Assembly: GCA_900768695.1 (NCBI GenBank)
Contig: CAAGDY010000426.1
Coordinates: forward strand, 1 to 35,441
Origin: an uncultured Anaerovibrio sp.
Lineage (GTDB): Bacteria > Bacillota > Negativicutes > Selenomonadales > Selenomonadaceae
DNA: 35,441 nucleotides
Reading direction: 5' to 3'
Of this stretch, positions 19,005 to 27,685 are shown in pieces. How positions within the stretch are numbered: the first letter of the stretch is position 1; each line of letters starts with the position of its first letter. The translations under genes were made by a program, and so were the position numbers. The notes under the pieces are model-generated. The model saw nothing but the letters and a program-made list of their open reading frames with translations. It searched no databases and was not told the DNA's origin.

Positions 19005-20307
19005 CTAGGCTCTGCCCTTCTTATAAGCCTCCGCCAAAAGCTGGACAGGATGGTATGCCACCTGCGGCAAATGGTTCTGCACGATGCCGTCAGTTATGTG
19101 CATGCGACAGCTTGGGCAGCTGGCGCAGACATAATCGGCACGGGTGGCCTCGATGTTCCGGCATTTGCGGTCATTAATCTGCCGCGACAGCTCATAGTGG
19201 GACATGCAGAAGGAGCCGCCGGAGCCACAACAGCGGTCATGCTCCTAAGCTCAGCCCCGGAATGGACTTCAATATCTGACGTGGCTGTGCCGTCACCTTG
19301 ATGCCGCGTACCATGTGGCATGGGTCGTGCATGGTCACGGTCTTGTTGAGCCTGCCAAGATTGTCCGTCCGATAGCCGGTTTCCACCAGGAACTGGCTGA
19401 TTTCGCGCACCTTGTCCGACAATTTCTGTGCCCGTGCCTGCCACTCCGGCTCATCCTTCAGCCACTTCGGATAATCCTTCAGCGCCTCCACGCAGGAGCC
19501 GCAGGAGCCAACAATGTAGTCAGCCTCACAGCTCTCAAACACCTCGATGTTGTGCTTGGCCATTTCATTGGCCAAGTCGAAGCATCCGGCCACATGGACA
19601 GGCGTGCCACAGCAATGCTGCCTGCCCGGCAGTACAACCTCGTTGCCGTTTTCCTTCAGCACCTCGATGGTTGCCCGGCCAATGTCGGTGTACATAAAAT
19701 TGATGGTACAGCCGGTGAAGAATGCCACCCTGCGCCTGGCGCCGTCAACCTTGATAACCTCCGGGAACTCGCTCCTCAGAGGTGTGGATGCCAGTGGTGC
19801 CGTAGCCCGGTTCGGGTCCATTCCCGGCACAGGGAAGCGGGAATATACGGCGTTCTTGTCCGGAATATCCTTGAAGGTCAGCCAGCCAAACATGCCGCCC
19901 ATGCGCAGGGCCGCGTTGAACAGGGGACGGTTGCTGAGCAGCTTGAACACCTTGCTTTTGACAGGGTGCAGTCCCCTCGCCTTCACAGCCGCATTGCGCC
20001 CCCGCAGGATGAGATCATCCGCCTTGACGCCGCACGGGCAGTTGGCCGAGCAGGTCTTGCAGTTCAGGCACATCCCCATGATGCTGTCAAATTCCTCGCT
20101 GATGGGCAGTCTGCCGCTCAACACCGCCTGCATCAGGGAAAGCTTGCCCCTCGCCACGGAGAATTCCTTGCGGGTTTCGCGGTAAATCGGACAGCCTGCC
20201 TGACAGTTGCCGCATTTCATGCAGTTGGCCAGTGCGTCATCAATATCCTTCAGCAGAGTGGTGTCCTGGCTGTTCATTGCCTCTGCCGTCAACTTGTTTT
20301 CAGCCAT
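19005..20307 (-). pseudogene. GlcF-type Fe-S/CCG-domain subunit of a 2-hydroxyacid (lactate/glycolate) dehydrogenase, frameshifted near 19246
   Basis: CMKCGNCQAGCP and CLNCKTCSANCP ferredoxin motifs, FFTGC, HCCG, HDPCH. After IPGLS the frame breaks; EHDRCCGSGGSF...SCPSCRMHI...HPVQLLAEAY continues in another frame. Confidence 0.85.
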
Positions 20308-20309
20308 AA

Positions 20310-21684
20310 TCAACACTCTCCTAACAGCTTGCCTGGATTAAGAATCAGATTCGGGTCAAGGGCGCGCTTGATAGCCTTCATGGCATTCATGCCCTCCTTG
20401 CCGTGCTGCTGTTCCATCCACGGCAGCTTGCCCGGGCCGATGCCATGCTCGCCAGACAGGGTGCCGCCCAGAGCCAGCGCCCCATTGAAAATATCGTCCA
20501 TGGCGTCATGCACACGCTTCATTTCCTCCTCATCCCGCAAATCGCATACGATGGTCGGATGCATGTTGCCGTCACCGGCATGGCCGAAGGTGCCGATAGT
20601 CACATTATGGTCCTTGGAGGCCTTGGTTACAATCCGCAAAAAGTCAGGAATCTTGCTTCTCGGAATGGTCGCATCCTCCACGAAGGTGGTAGGGCGCAGC
20701 TTGGCAAGGCACGGCAGGGCCATGCGGCGTGCCGTCCAGAGCTGTTCCTTGTGCTCGGCGGACTTTGCCAGCGTCACCTCGCGGGCATTGTTGGCCTTCA
20801 GCACCTCCAGCACCTTTGCCTTCTCGTCCTCGACCACGACAGGATTGCCATCCACCTCAATCAGCAGGATGGCGTCTGCATCCACCGGCAGGCCCACATG
20901 GGTAAAGTCCTCTACCGTGCGGATAGTGGCATTGTCCAGAATCTCCAGCGTGGCAGGTATAATCTTGGCCGCAATGATGCCGGACACGGCCTTGCCTGCA
21001 TCGTCAATGGAGTCAAAGACGGCAATCATGCTCTTGGTGGCCTCCGGAGCAGGCACCAGCTTCAAAAGAGCCTTGGTAACGATGCCCAGGGTTCCCTCGG
21101 AGCCGGTAAAGAGCTTGGTCATATCGTAGCCGGACACATCCTTGACGTTCTTGCCGCCGGTGTGGATAATATCGCCGTTGGCAAGCACTACCTCCAGCCC
21201 CTGCACGTAGTTCTTCGTAATGCCGTATTTCAGGCCGCGAAGCCCCCCCGGAATTCTCCGCAATGGTCCCGCCCAGGCTGGCAGTCTTGACGGTGCCCGG
21301 GTCAGGCGGATAAATCAGGCCGAACCGGGCGATATGGTCGTTGATATCCTGCACGATAACGCCTACCTCCACCTCGACAATCAGGTTCTCCAAATCCACA
21401 TCAACAATCTTGTCAAAGCGGAGCATCAGAAGCACGATACCGCCCTTCAGAGGTGCGGTTCCGGCAGACAGGTTGGTGCCGGAGCCGCGCGGATACACAG
21501 GAATTCTGTGTTCATTGGCGAATTTCATGACCGCCGAAACCTCCTGCACCGTCCCCGGCGACACTACCACATCGGGCATATAAGAATGTCCCGGAGTTGC
21601 GTCGTAGGAATACTCATACAGCGCCTCCGGCGAATAGAGAACATTCTCCTTTCCCACAATTCCTTCCATTGCCCCGATAAACAA
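20310..21684 (-). pseudogene. GlcD-type FAD-linked oxidase subunit, +1 frameshift in a G7 run
   Basis: PRGSGTNLSAG, YPPDPG, SLGGTIAENSGG in one frame; GGLRGLKYGITK, GSEGTLG, GHAGDGNMHP, SGEHGIG, LNPGK in another. Deleting one C from 21243-21249 rejoins them. Start uncertain (TTG 21684 or ATG 21669; no clear RBS). Confidence 0.85.
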
Positions 21685-21707
21685 TCTGCCCCGGAACCGG
21701 CCGCAGG

Positions 21708-23240
21708 TCAGATATACCTGGAAGCAACCTCTTCAACCCCTTCAGGCTGCTCCTTTATCCACTCTGCAAAGCTCTTGCCGCTCTCTGCCACCTTTTTGCC
21801 CAGCTCCACCAGAAAATCAGGTACCTCGGTTTCAAGGATAACCCCCGCTTCCTTGCCGAATACCTCCTGTCCCTGGGCATCACAGCCATTGAGATAGAGC
21901 AGCCATGCTGACTGCTTGTCCTTGACAGCTCCCCGGAAGCCCATAGGAACAACCTGCGGCGTAGCGCAGGAGCCTGGACAGCCGGAAATGTGGATTGGCG
22001 GCAGGGCACCGTCCGGAATCCCCGCCTTCTGCACTGCCTCTGCACAGCTTTTCAGCAGTGCCTGGGAATCGCGCACGCCCTGCTGGCAGATGGAGCCGCC
22101 GATGCAGGCAGATGCCATCTCAAAAAGGCTGGTGGCGCTGTCACCGGCCGTCAGCTCTATCAGCCTCTGTGCCTCACCGGCCGTCAGGTTGACGATATAG
22201 GCGGTTTCATCCGGTGCCAGGCGGATTTCCGCCCCCTCAATCTCCTGCAGGGCGTCACTTACCTTGCAGAATACCTCCGGTGACGGGCATCCCCCCAGCG
22301 GGTGCCATACCACGCTGTACAGTCCCGGCTGCTTCTGGGCAATCGCCCTGCGGTTCTCAATGGTACCCTCGCCCTTCCTGGCGATTTCCTCCGGCTTGAT
22401 TTCAAAGGCAAAGTCATCCGTTCCCTCAACCTCTGCCAGCTTCTCCTGAAAAGCGGCACAATACTTCTCCGCACCGCCCAGGGCTTCCTGCATATAGCGG
22501 CTCCTGGCCCTGGCGCGGTTCTCATAGTTGCCGTAGGTACGGAACATCACCCACATGGCGCGGACGTATTTCAGGATATCCTTTGGCTCCACAGCCTCGC
22601 CGACCTTTACGCCCACCTTCGGATTCGGACCGATGCCGCCGGCGCTGTACACATCAAACCTGCCATCAGGACGCGCCACAAAGCCCAAATCGCGCATGGT
22701 GGCATGGGACTGGTTCTTTGGGGAGCTGGAGAAGCCGATTTTGTACTTTCGCGGCATTTTTTCCGCGTTGATAAACTGCATGGCATACTGGCCTACTGCC
22801 TCCGCATAAGGCATGACATTGAAATATTCCTCCGCATCAATGCCGGAAAGAGGCGAGCAGGTGGTGTTGCGCGGAAAATCGCCGCCACCGCCAACGGTGA
22901 CGATGCCCACCTGCAGGGCGTCCTCCATAATCCTGCATACCGGCTCCAGCGCCAGGTTGTGCAGCTGCACCGTCTGACAGGTGGTAAACTTGATTTTGTC
23001 TACAGCGTATTTGCGCACGGACTCCGCAATAAAGGCCATCTTCTCCCTGGTCAGACGGCCGGCCGGCATCCTGAGCCGCAACATGCTCTTCGGCTCATCA
23101 CCCTTCTGGGCATAACTGCCGAACTTGCCGGAAATCCCCTTGTATTCGGCACGCTTCAGCTCACCGGCGTAATACTTTCTGGCGGCTTCCTGAAAAACCT
23201 TCATATCCTCTTTCCATGCTTCTGCGGGAATCATCTTCAT
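21708..23240 (-). CDS. Ferredoxin-dependent nitrite/sulfite reductase (siroheme, 4Fe-4S)
   Basis: MLRLRMPAG, TTCQTVQLH, MPRKYKI, DLGF, CIGGSIC and ISGCPGSC ligand motifs; start ATG 23240 after GAGAGGTG. Confidence 0.9.
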   Translation of the reverse strand: MKMIPAEAWKEDMKVFQEAARKYYAGELKRAEYKGISGKFGSYAQKGDEPKSMLRLRMPAGRLTREKMAFIAESVRKYAVDKIKFTTCQTVQLHNLALEPVCRIMEDALQVGIVTVGGGGDFPRNTTCSPLSGIDAEEYFNVMPYAEAVGQYAMQFINAEKMPRKYKIGFSSSPKNQSHATMRDLGFVARPDGRFDVYSAGGIGPNPKVGVKVGEAVEPKDILKYVRAMWVMFRTYGNYENRARARSRYMQEALGGAEKYCAAFQEKLAEVEGTDDFAFEIKPEEIARKGEGTIENRRAIAQKQPGLYSVVWHPLGGCPSPEVFCKVSDALQEIEGAEIRLAPDETAYIVNLTAGEAQRLIELTAGDSATSLFEMASACIGGSICQQGVRDSQALLKSCAEAVQKAGIPDGALPPIHISGCPGSCATPQVVPMGFRGAVKDKQSAWLLYLNGCDAQGQEVFGKEAGVILETEVPDFLVELGKKVAESGKSFAEWIKEQPEGVEEVASRYI

Positions 23241-23325
23241 ATACAAGCACCTCTCAAAAACAACAATACACAGATTGTCCCGCCACACGGCTTTCCTGGG
23301 CCTGTGCGCGGGATGAATTCAACAG

Positions 23326-23348
23326 GAATACAGAATTTTTCTGTATTC
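23326..23348. promoter_or_regulatory. Perfect palindrome, candidate operator of the reductase gene
   Basis: GAATACAGAA-TTT-TTCTGTATTC, just downstream of a minus-strand TATAGT (23357-23352). Confidence 0.55.
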
Positions 23349-23383
23349 ACAACTATACTATGATACTTATTCGCCACAAAATG

Positions 23384-23414
23384 AAAAATCCCTGCTTAGC
23401 ACAGGGATTTTTTT
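23384..23414. terminator. Intrinsic terminator after the yeiH-like gene
   Basis: AAAAATCCCTG-loop-CAGGGATTTTT, with A and T tracts on both sides. Confidence 0.8.
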
Positions 23415-23430
23415 ATATTTGTCATCTAAT

Positions 23431-24411
23431 TTACATAATGCCCACAATATGCTGAACAATCAGGGAAACAACTGCTACGGCAATCCAACAGCACAGACCC
23501 AGGGCAATCGGGCGCACACCGTTCCTGATGAGTGACATGAGGTTGGTGTTCAGGCCGATGGCCGCCATGGACCAGACAATGCAGAACTTGCCAAAGTCAC
23601 CCAGGCCCTTGCTCAGCTCGGACGGCAGGATACCGCTGGTATTGACAATGGAAGCTACCACGAACCAGAGGATAAAGAAAGGAAAAATCCGTTTCAGCTC
23701 AAAGCCCTGTCCCTCCGCCTTGGCCTTTTTTGCCGTCAGCACGGCAAAGAACAGGCACACCGGCACAATCATCAGGGCGCGCGTCAGCTTGACAATGGTG
23801 GCATAGCTTCCGGCCGCCTCGCTGTAGGAGTAGCCAGCCGCCACTACCGAGGAAGTATCATTGATGGCCGTGCCTGCCCACATACCAAAGCCAAAATCAG
23901 ACATGCCGATTACATGCCCCAGAAAAGGGAAAATGAACACGGCCAGAATGTTGAACAGGAAAATCGTAGAGATAGAAAATACGATATCCTTGTCCTTGGC
24001 TCCGATAACAGGAGCCAGGGCGGCAATGGCAGAGCCGCCGCAGATGGAGGTTCCGGCGCCTATCAGCGTCTTTGTATCCTCCGGCAGCTTCAGCAGCTTT
24101 CCTACCCACCAGGCAACAGCAAAGGAAGTCAGCAGGGTGAAAATCATCACATACAGGGACTGGGAGCCTACCTCCAGCACATTGAACAGATTCATTTCAA
24201 AGCCCAGCAGAATTATGGAATACTGCAGAATCTTCTTGCCGGTAAAATTGATGCCTGCGTTAAAGGCCTCCGACCGCGGAATAAAAGCACAGATAATTCC
24301 CAGCAGGATACCGAAAACCGGCCCTCCGATAATCGGGTACAGCTTTCCCAGATACGCCGCCGGAACAGCCAGCACCAGCGCGTACAAAATACCTTTCCAA
24401 AGCTCTTTCAT
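23431..24411 (-). CDS. YeiH-family putative sulfate/sulfite exporter
   Basis: Multi-TM; IGGPVFGILLG, GTSICGGSAIAA, GMWAGTAINDTSSVVAA, ATIVKLTR, MAAIGL. Confidence 0.9.
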   Translation of the reverse strand: MKELWKGILYALVLAVPAAYLGKLYPIIGGPVFGILLGIICAFIPRSEAFNAGINFTGKKILQYSIILLGFEMNLFNVLEVGSQSLYVMIFTLLTSFAVAWWVGKLLKLPEDTKTLIGAGTSICGGSAIAALAPVIGAKDKDIVFSISTIFLFNILAVFIFPFLGHVIGMSDFGFGMWAGTAINDTSSVVAAGYSYSEAAGSYATIVKLTRALMIVPVCLFFAVLTAKKAKAEGQGFELKRIFPFFILWFVVASIVNTSGILPSELSKGLGDFGKFCIVWSMAAIGLNTNLMSLIRNGVRPIALGLCCWIAVAVVSLIVQHIVGIM

Positions 24412-24526
24412 ACATCATACCTCCATTTACATTACAGGCGGCCTCCCACGACAGCCCTTTCCAATCTCTGCCTCTATTGTACTCCGCCGCTTTATATATG
24501 TAAAATACTATGATATAATAATTTTA

Positions 24527-24542
24527 ATAGGTATTTACCTAT
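24527..24542. promoter_or_regulatory. Palindrome in the divergent yeiH/lysR intergenic region, candidate LysR site
   Basis: ATAGGTA-TT-TACCTAT, 40 nt upstream of the LysR start. Confidence 0.45.
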
Positions 24543-24582
24543 ATATGGATTATAACAATAATCATAAGGAGGTACACAGTCT

Positions 24583-25452
24583 ATGACACTGCGCCATTTT
24601 CAGATATTTATAGCCGTCTGCGACGAAGGGGGCATGACCCAGGCGGCACAGGTACTGCATATTTCCCAGCCCTCCATCAGCCAGGCGGTCAGGGAAATGG
24701 AAACCCACTACCGCGTCATGCTCTTTGAGCGGCTGGGCAAAAAGCTCTTTCTCACTGCCGCGGGACAGGAGCTGCTGCACTACGCCCGGCATATCATTTC
24801 CCTCAATGCCAGAACGGAGAAAACCCTGCGGAGCTTTGCCGGTGCCTCCCCCATCCGGCTGGGAGCCACCCTGTCCATCGGGGAAAGCATCTTTATCGAC
24901 CTGCTGGCCCAACTAAAAAAAGCGATGCCGGAGCAGGAAATCTATTCCCGCATCCATAACACCGCTTCATTGGAATCCGCCCTGCTGCGTGATGAGCTGG
25001 ACGCCGCCCTGGTGGAGGGCAGTATCACCTCGGAATATCTCACACAGCTGCCATTTCTTGAGGACGAGCTTATTTTTATTATTGCGCCACAGCTGTTGCC
25101 GCCTGACGGCTTTACAAGGGACAGCCTTCTACAGCTCCCATTTATCCTGCGTGAGGAGGGCAGTGGTACCCGCACCCTCTTTGAGCATGTCATGAACCAA
25201 CAGCACCTGAAATGCCGCGCCATCGGCTCCTACAACAACACCGCCAGCATCAGGCAGGCAGTAGCGGCAGGCCTTGGCGTCAGCGCCATTTCCCGCCGCC
25301 TGGCGGCCGCTGATATAGATGCCGGGCGCCTTGCCACCTTTACCATGCCGTCTGTCACCTTCAAGCGCAGTTTTCGCATCGTGTACCACAAAAACAAATA
25401 CCTCACCCGCGGGCTCAAGGCTTTTGTCAGGCTGTGCCAGGATTATGCGTGA
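24583..25452 (+). CDS. LysR-family regulator (CysL/YeiE-like)
   Basis: HTH MTLRHFQIF...ISQPSISQAV...LFER; GATLSIGE, VEG, ILREEGSGTR; AAGGAGG RBS. Confidence 0.93.
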   Translation: MTLRHFQIFIAVCDEGGMTQAAQVLHISQPSISQAVREMETHYRVMLFERLGKKLFLTAAGQELLHYARHIISLNARTEKTLRSFAGASPIRLGATLSIGESIFIDLLAQLKKAMPEQEIYSRIHNTASLESALLRDELDAALVEGSITSEYLTQLPFLEDELIFIIAPQLLPPDGFTRDSLLQLPFILREEGSGTRTLFEHVMNQQHLKCRAIGSYNNTASIRQAVAAGLGVSAISRRLAAADIDAGRLATFTMPSVTFKRSFRIVYHKNKYLTRGLKAFVRLCQDYA

Positions 25453-25533
25453 CATGGCCTGCCACCTGCCATCGTTCCGACAGGATACCCTGCCACCGAC
25501 CATTGCTTTGGCAGAGCTTCCTGCCACCTGCTA

Positions 25534-26952
25534 TTATTTCGGCAGAACTCCCTGCCGCTGAGCCTCCTTGATATCGGCCACCGCCCTGGTTACATCGTAC
25601 ATCACTGCCTCAATAGGCGTAATCTCCTGGGTGGTCGTGGAGGTAATGGTATTCAGCAATGGCTCGCCGGTGGTAGTATAGAACTCCACTGCCGCCGCCA
25701 GCCGATAAAGGTTGGGATTTTCCTTGTCTGCAGTGCCGCTGATATTTATCATGGCAACCTTGTCACAGCCGGCCTCCTCCGCCCTGCGGCACGCCGCAAA
25801 AAGCGCATCAACGGCGGCTCCCGGCCGGGCGTATGAATCATCCGCCACCACCTGGCTGAACTGGTGCATCAGGATATCTCCTGCCACCACCTGCATGTAG
25901 GCGCTGTCGTTGGCAATAGCCTCCGGCAAATCCAGCGCCGCCGGAGCTATGTACACACGCCCGGCAAAGGACACCTGCCGCCAGGACTGCATCGGCTTTC
26001 CTGCCTGCGCCGCCCCGTTCCCGTCGGCCTCCTTTGCCGCCGCCAGGCCGGCCATGCTCAGGTCCCCCTGCAGGATTTCATCGTAATAGCCGCGGATGGC
26101 CGCATCCAGATAGCCCACTATGGCGTGATTGAACTTGTGGGAGTTTTCGTTTTTCTTCCATTTGTACTCCGTGCCAAAATGCACATAGCCGGATTTCAGG
26201 GCCTGCAAGGCATTCCTGACCACATCGCCGCCCATGGTATAACGGTTCAGGTCGATGCGGTAGCCGTATTCCTCCGCAAAGGCGGTATTGCCCACCGTGG
26301 GCGCACCAAAGGTAAAAACGCTAAGCTTGTCCGGCTCCACGCCCATGGAAACCAGCCGGGCCGCCAGCAGTGTGGCAACGGCCCCGCCCAGGCTGTGCCC
26401 GGTCAGATAAAGGCGCTCGTTGCCGTCTGCCGCCAGCTCCCGCAGGCGGTCAGCCCCCATAATGCCATCCGCATCAGGGGTAAAAAAGGCCGTCATGGTA
26501 TAATCATTGAAGCCCTGATGCACCATCGGCTGATTGGCTGTTACCTTTTCAGTTGCGGCAAAGCTACGGAACTCCTGCGGCGTTGTGCCGCCAAAAAGCA
26601 CCTTGCCGAACCGCAAATCAACCTCTACATCCTTCAGCTTCTCCGTGCCCGGAATCACCACCAGGGCCTCGCGCCCGTCACTGCCCTCATGCACAAGGGT
26701 ATAGAAGGTAGTATCCGCCCGCCTGTCAGCCTGCCTGTAATCCTTGAACTGCCAGCCGAACTGGCTCATTTCCTGCCGCACCGCCTCATTCATGCTGCTG
26801 CTGTACACAGCCATGTCAGCCAGCGCACAGATATAAGCCATCCTGGCCTGCCAGGCAGAATCAAATACCTGCGCCCTGACTACGGCAGGCCCGCCCAGAA
26901 GCAGGACAAGGCTCAAAAAAGCACTGCAGAAAAAACCGAAAAAAACTCGCAA
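25534..26952 (-). CDS. Secreted class-3 lipase-family protein with an extra C-terminal domain
   Basis: Signal peptide (..VVRA), VHQGF, LYLTGHSLGGAVA (GxSxG), FTFGAPTVGN, GDVV, YVHFG. Confidence 0.85.
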   Translation of the reverse strand: MRVFFGFFCSAFLSLVLLLGGPAVVRAQVFDSAWQARMAYICALADMAVYSSSMNEAVRQEMSQFGWQFKDYRQADRRADTTFYTLVHEGSDGREALVVIPGTEKLKDVEVDLRFGKVLFGGTTPQEFRSFAATEKVTANQPMVHQGFNDYTMTAFFTPDADGIMGADRLRELAADGNERLYLTGHSLGGAVATLLAARLVSMGVEPDKLSVFTFGAPTVGNTAFAEEYGYRIDLNRYTMGGDVVRNALQALKSGYVHFGTEYKWKKNENSHKFNHAIVGYLDAAIRGYYDEILQGDLSMAGLAAAKEADGNGAAQAGKPMQSWRQVSFAGRVYIAPAALDLPEAIANDSAYMQVVAGDILMHQFSQVVADDSYARPGAAVDALFAACRRAEEAGCDKVAMINISGTADKENPNLYRLAAAVEFYTTTGEPLLNTITSTTTQEITPIEAVMYDVTRAVADIKEAQRQGVLPK

Positions 26953-27025
26953 ACAAAATACCCCCTTACCTCAAGCCGGCCATGCGGCACATCCGCCCTT
27001 CCTGCAGGAAGGACACGCCAAGCCA

Positions 27026-27658
27026 TCACACGCCCAGCGCTTCCTTTGCCAGCCTGTCTGCCAGCTCGTTGCCCTCTACGCCGGTGTGGCCTGCCACCTT
27101 CTGAAAGCGCACCCAGCCAAGACGCGGCTGCATGAACGCCGCATACGCCTGTGTCAGCGGCAGTTTGGCCTGCCAGTGCTTCAGCGGCCAGGCGGCAATC
27201 CCTTCATAATCATGGCAGATGGTTACGCCCCTGTCCTCCATGCCCTGAGCCTCCGCCCACAGCACGGCCTCACGGGCGGCGTCCATCTCACCGGCCACAT
27301 TGTGCAGCTTTGCCGCCTCGGCAGAACTGCCTGTGCCGTTCTGCGTAAAAATCAGCTCCCCGTCCTCATAGGCGGCAAAGCCCCAGCTATACCTCCCCTT
27401 GATGTAGGAACCATCCACAAATATAACCACGCCCCGGGCAGAATCATCGCCTGCCCCCTCCGGCATGCCACCGTTTCCGACAGCCGCCCGGCCTGACAGG
27501 CTGTTCATAAAGGCCTCGGCCTCCGGCAGGGTGACAAAGCCCTTGAACTTTGCCCCCTTGAAGCCTGTAACCTGACGCTGGCATTCAGCCCAGGTCCTGT
27601 AGATACCGGGCTGTCTTCCTGCCAGCACTGCATAATAATTATTCTTAGCCTTTGCCAC
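27026..27658 (-). CDS. Ribonuclease HI with N-terminal hybrid-binding (viroplasmin-like) domain
   Basis: YYAVLAGRQPGIYRTWAEC...FKGF; IFVDGSY, NVAGE, DYEGI, KVAGHTG, NELADRLAK; GTG start at 27658 after AGAGG. Confidence 0.92.
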   Translation of the reverse strand: MAKAKNNYYAVLAGRQPGIYRTWAECQRQVTGFKGAKFKGFVTLPEAEAFMNSLSGRAAVGNGGMPEGAGDDSARGVVIFVDGSYIKGRYSWGFAAYEDGELIFTQNGTGSSAEAAKLHNVAGEMDAAREAVLWAEAQGMEDRGVTICHDYEGIAAWPLKHWQAKLPLTQAYAAFMQPRLGWVRFQKVAGHTGVEGNELADRLAKEALGV

Positions 27659-27685
27659 GCTCAACCTCTTTAACCGCAAAAAACA

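Noticed and set aside
19315..21129. 604-aa plus-strand ORF
   Set aside because: Antisense shadow of the GC-rich glcD/glcF-like genes; no recognisable motifs.
23278..23313. SRP RNA or ZTP riboswitch identity for the leader hairpin
   Set aside because: Lacks the SRP GGAAGGAAGCAGC core and the ZTP GACUGGCG/CGCCUGGG elements.
24412..24490. Lysine-riboswitch-like AGAGG...GAAAGG in the yeiH leader
   Set aside because: The leader is far too short for that aptamer and the other conserved elements are absent.
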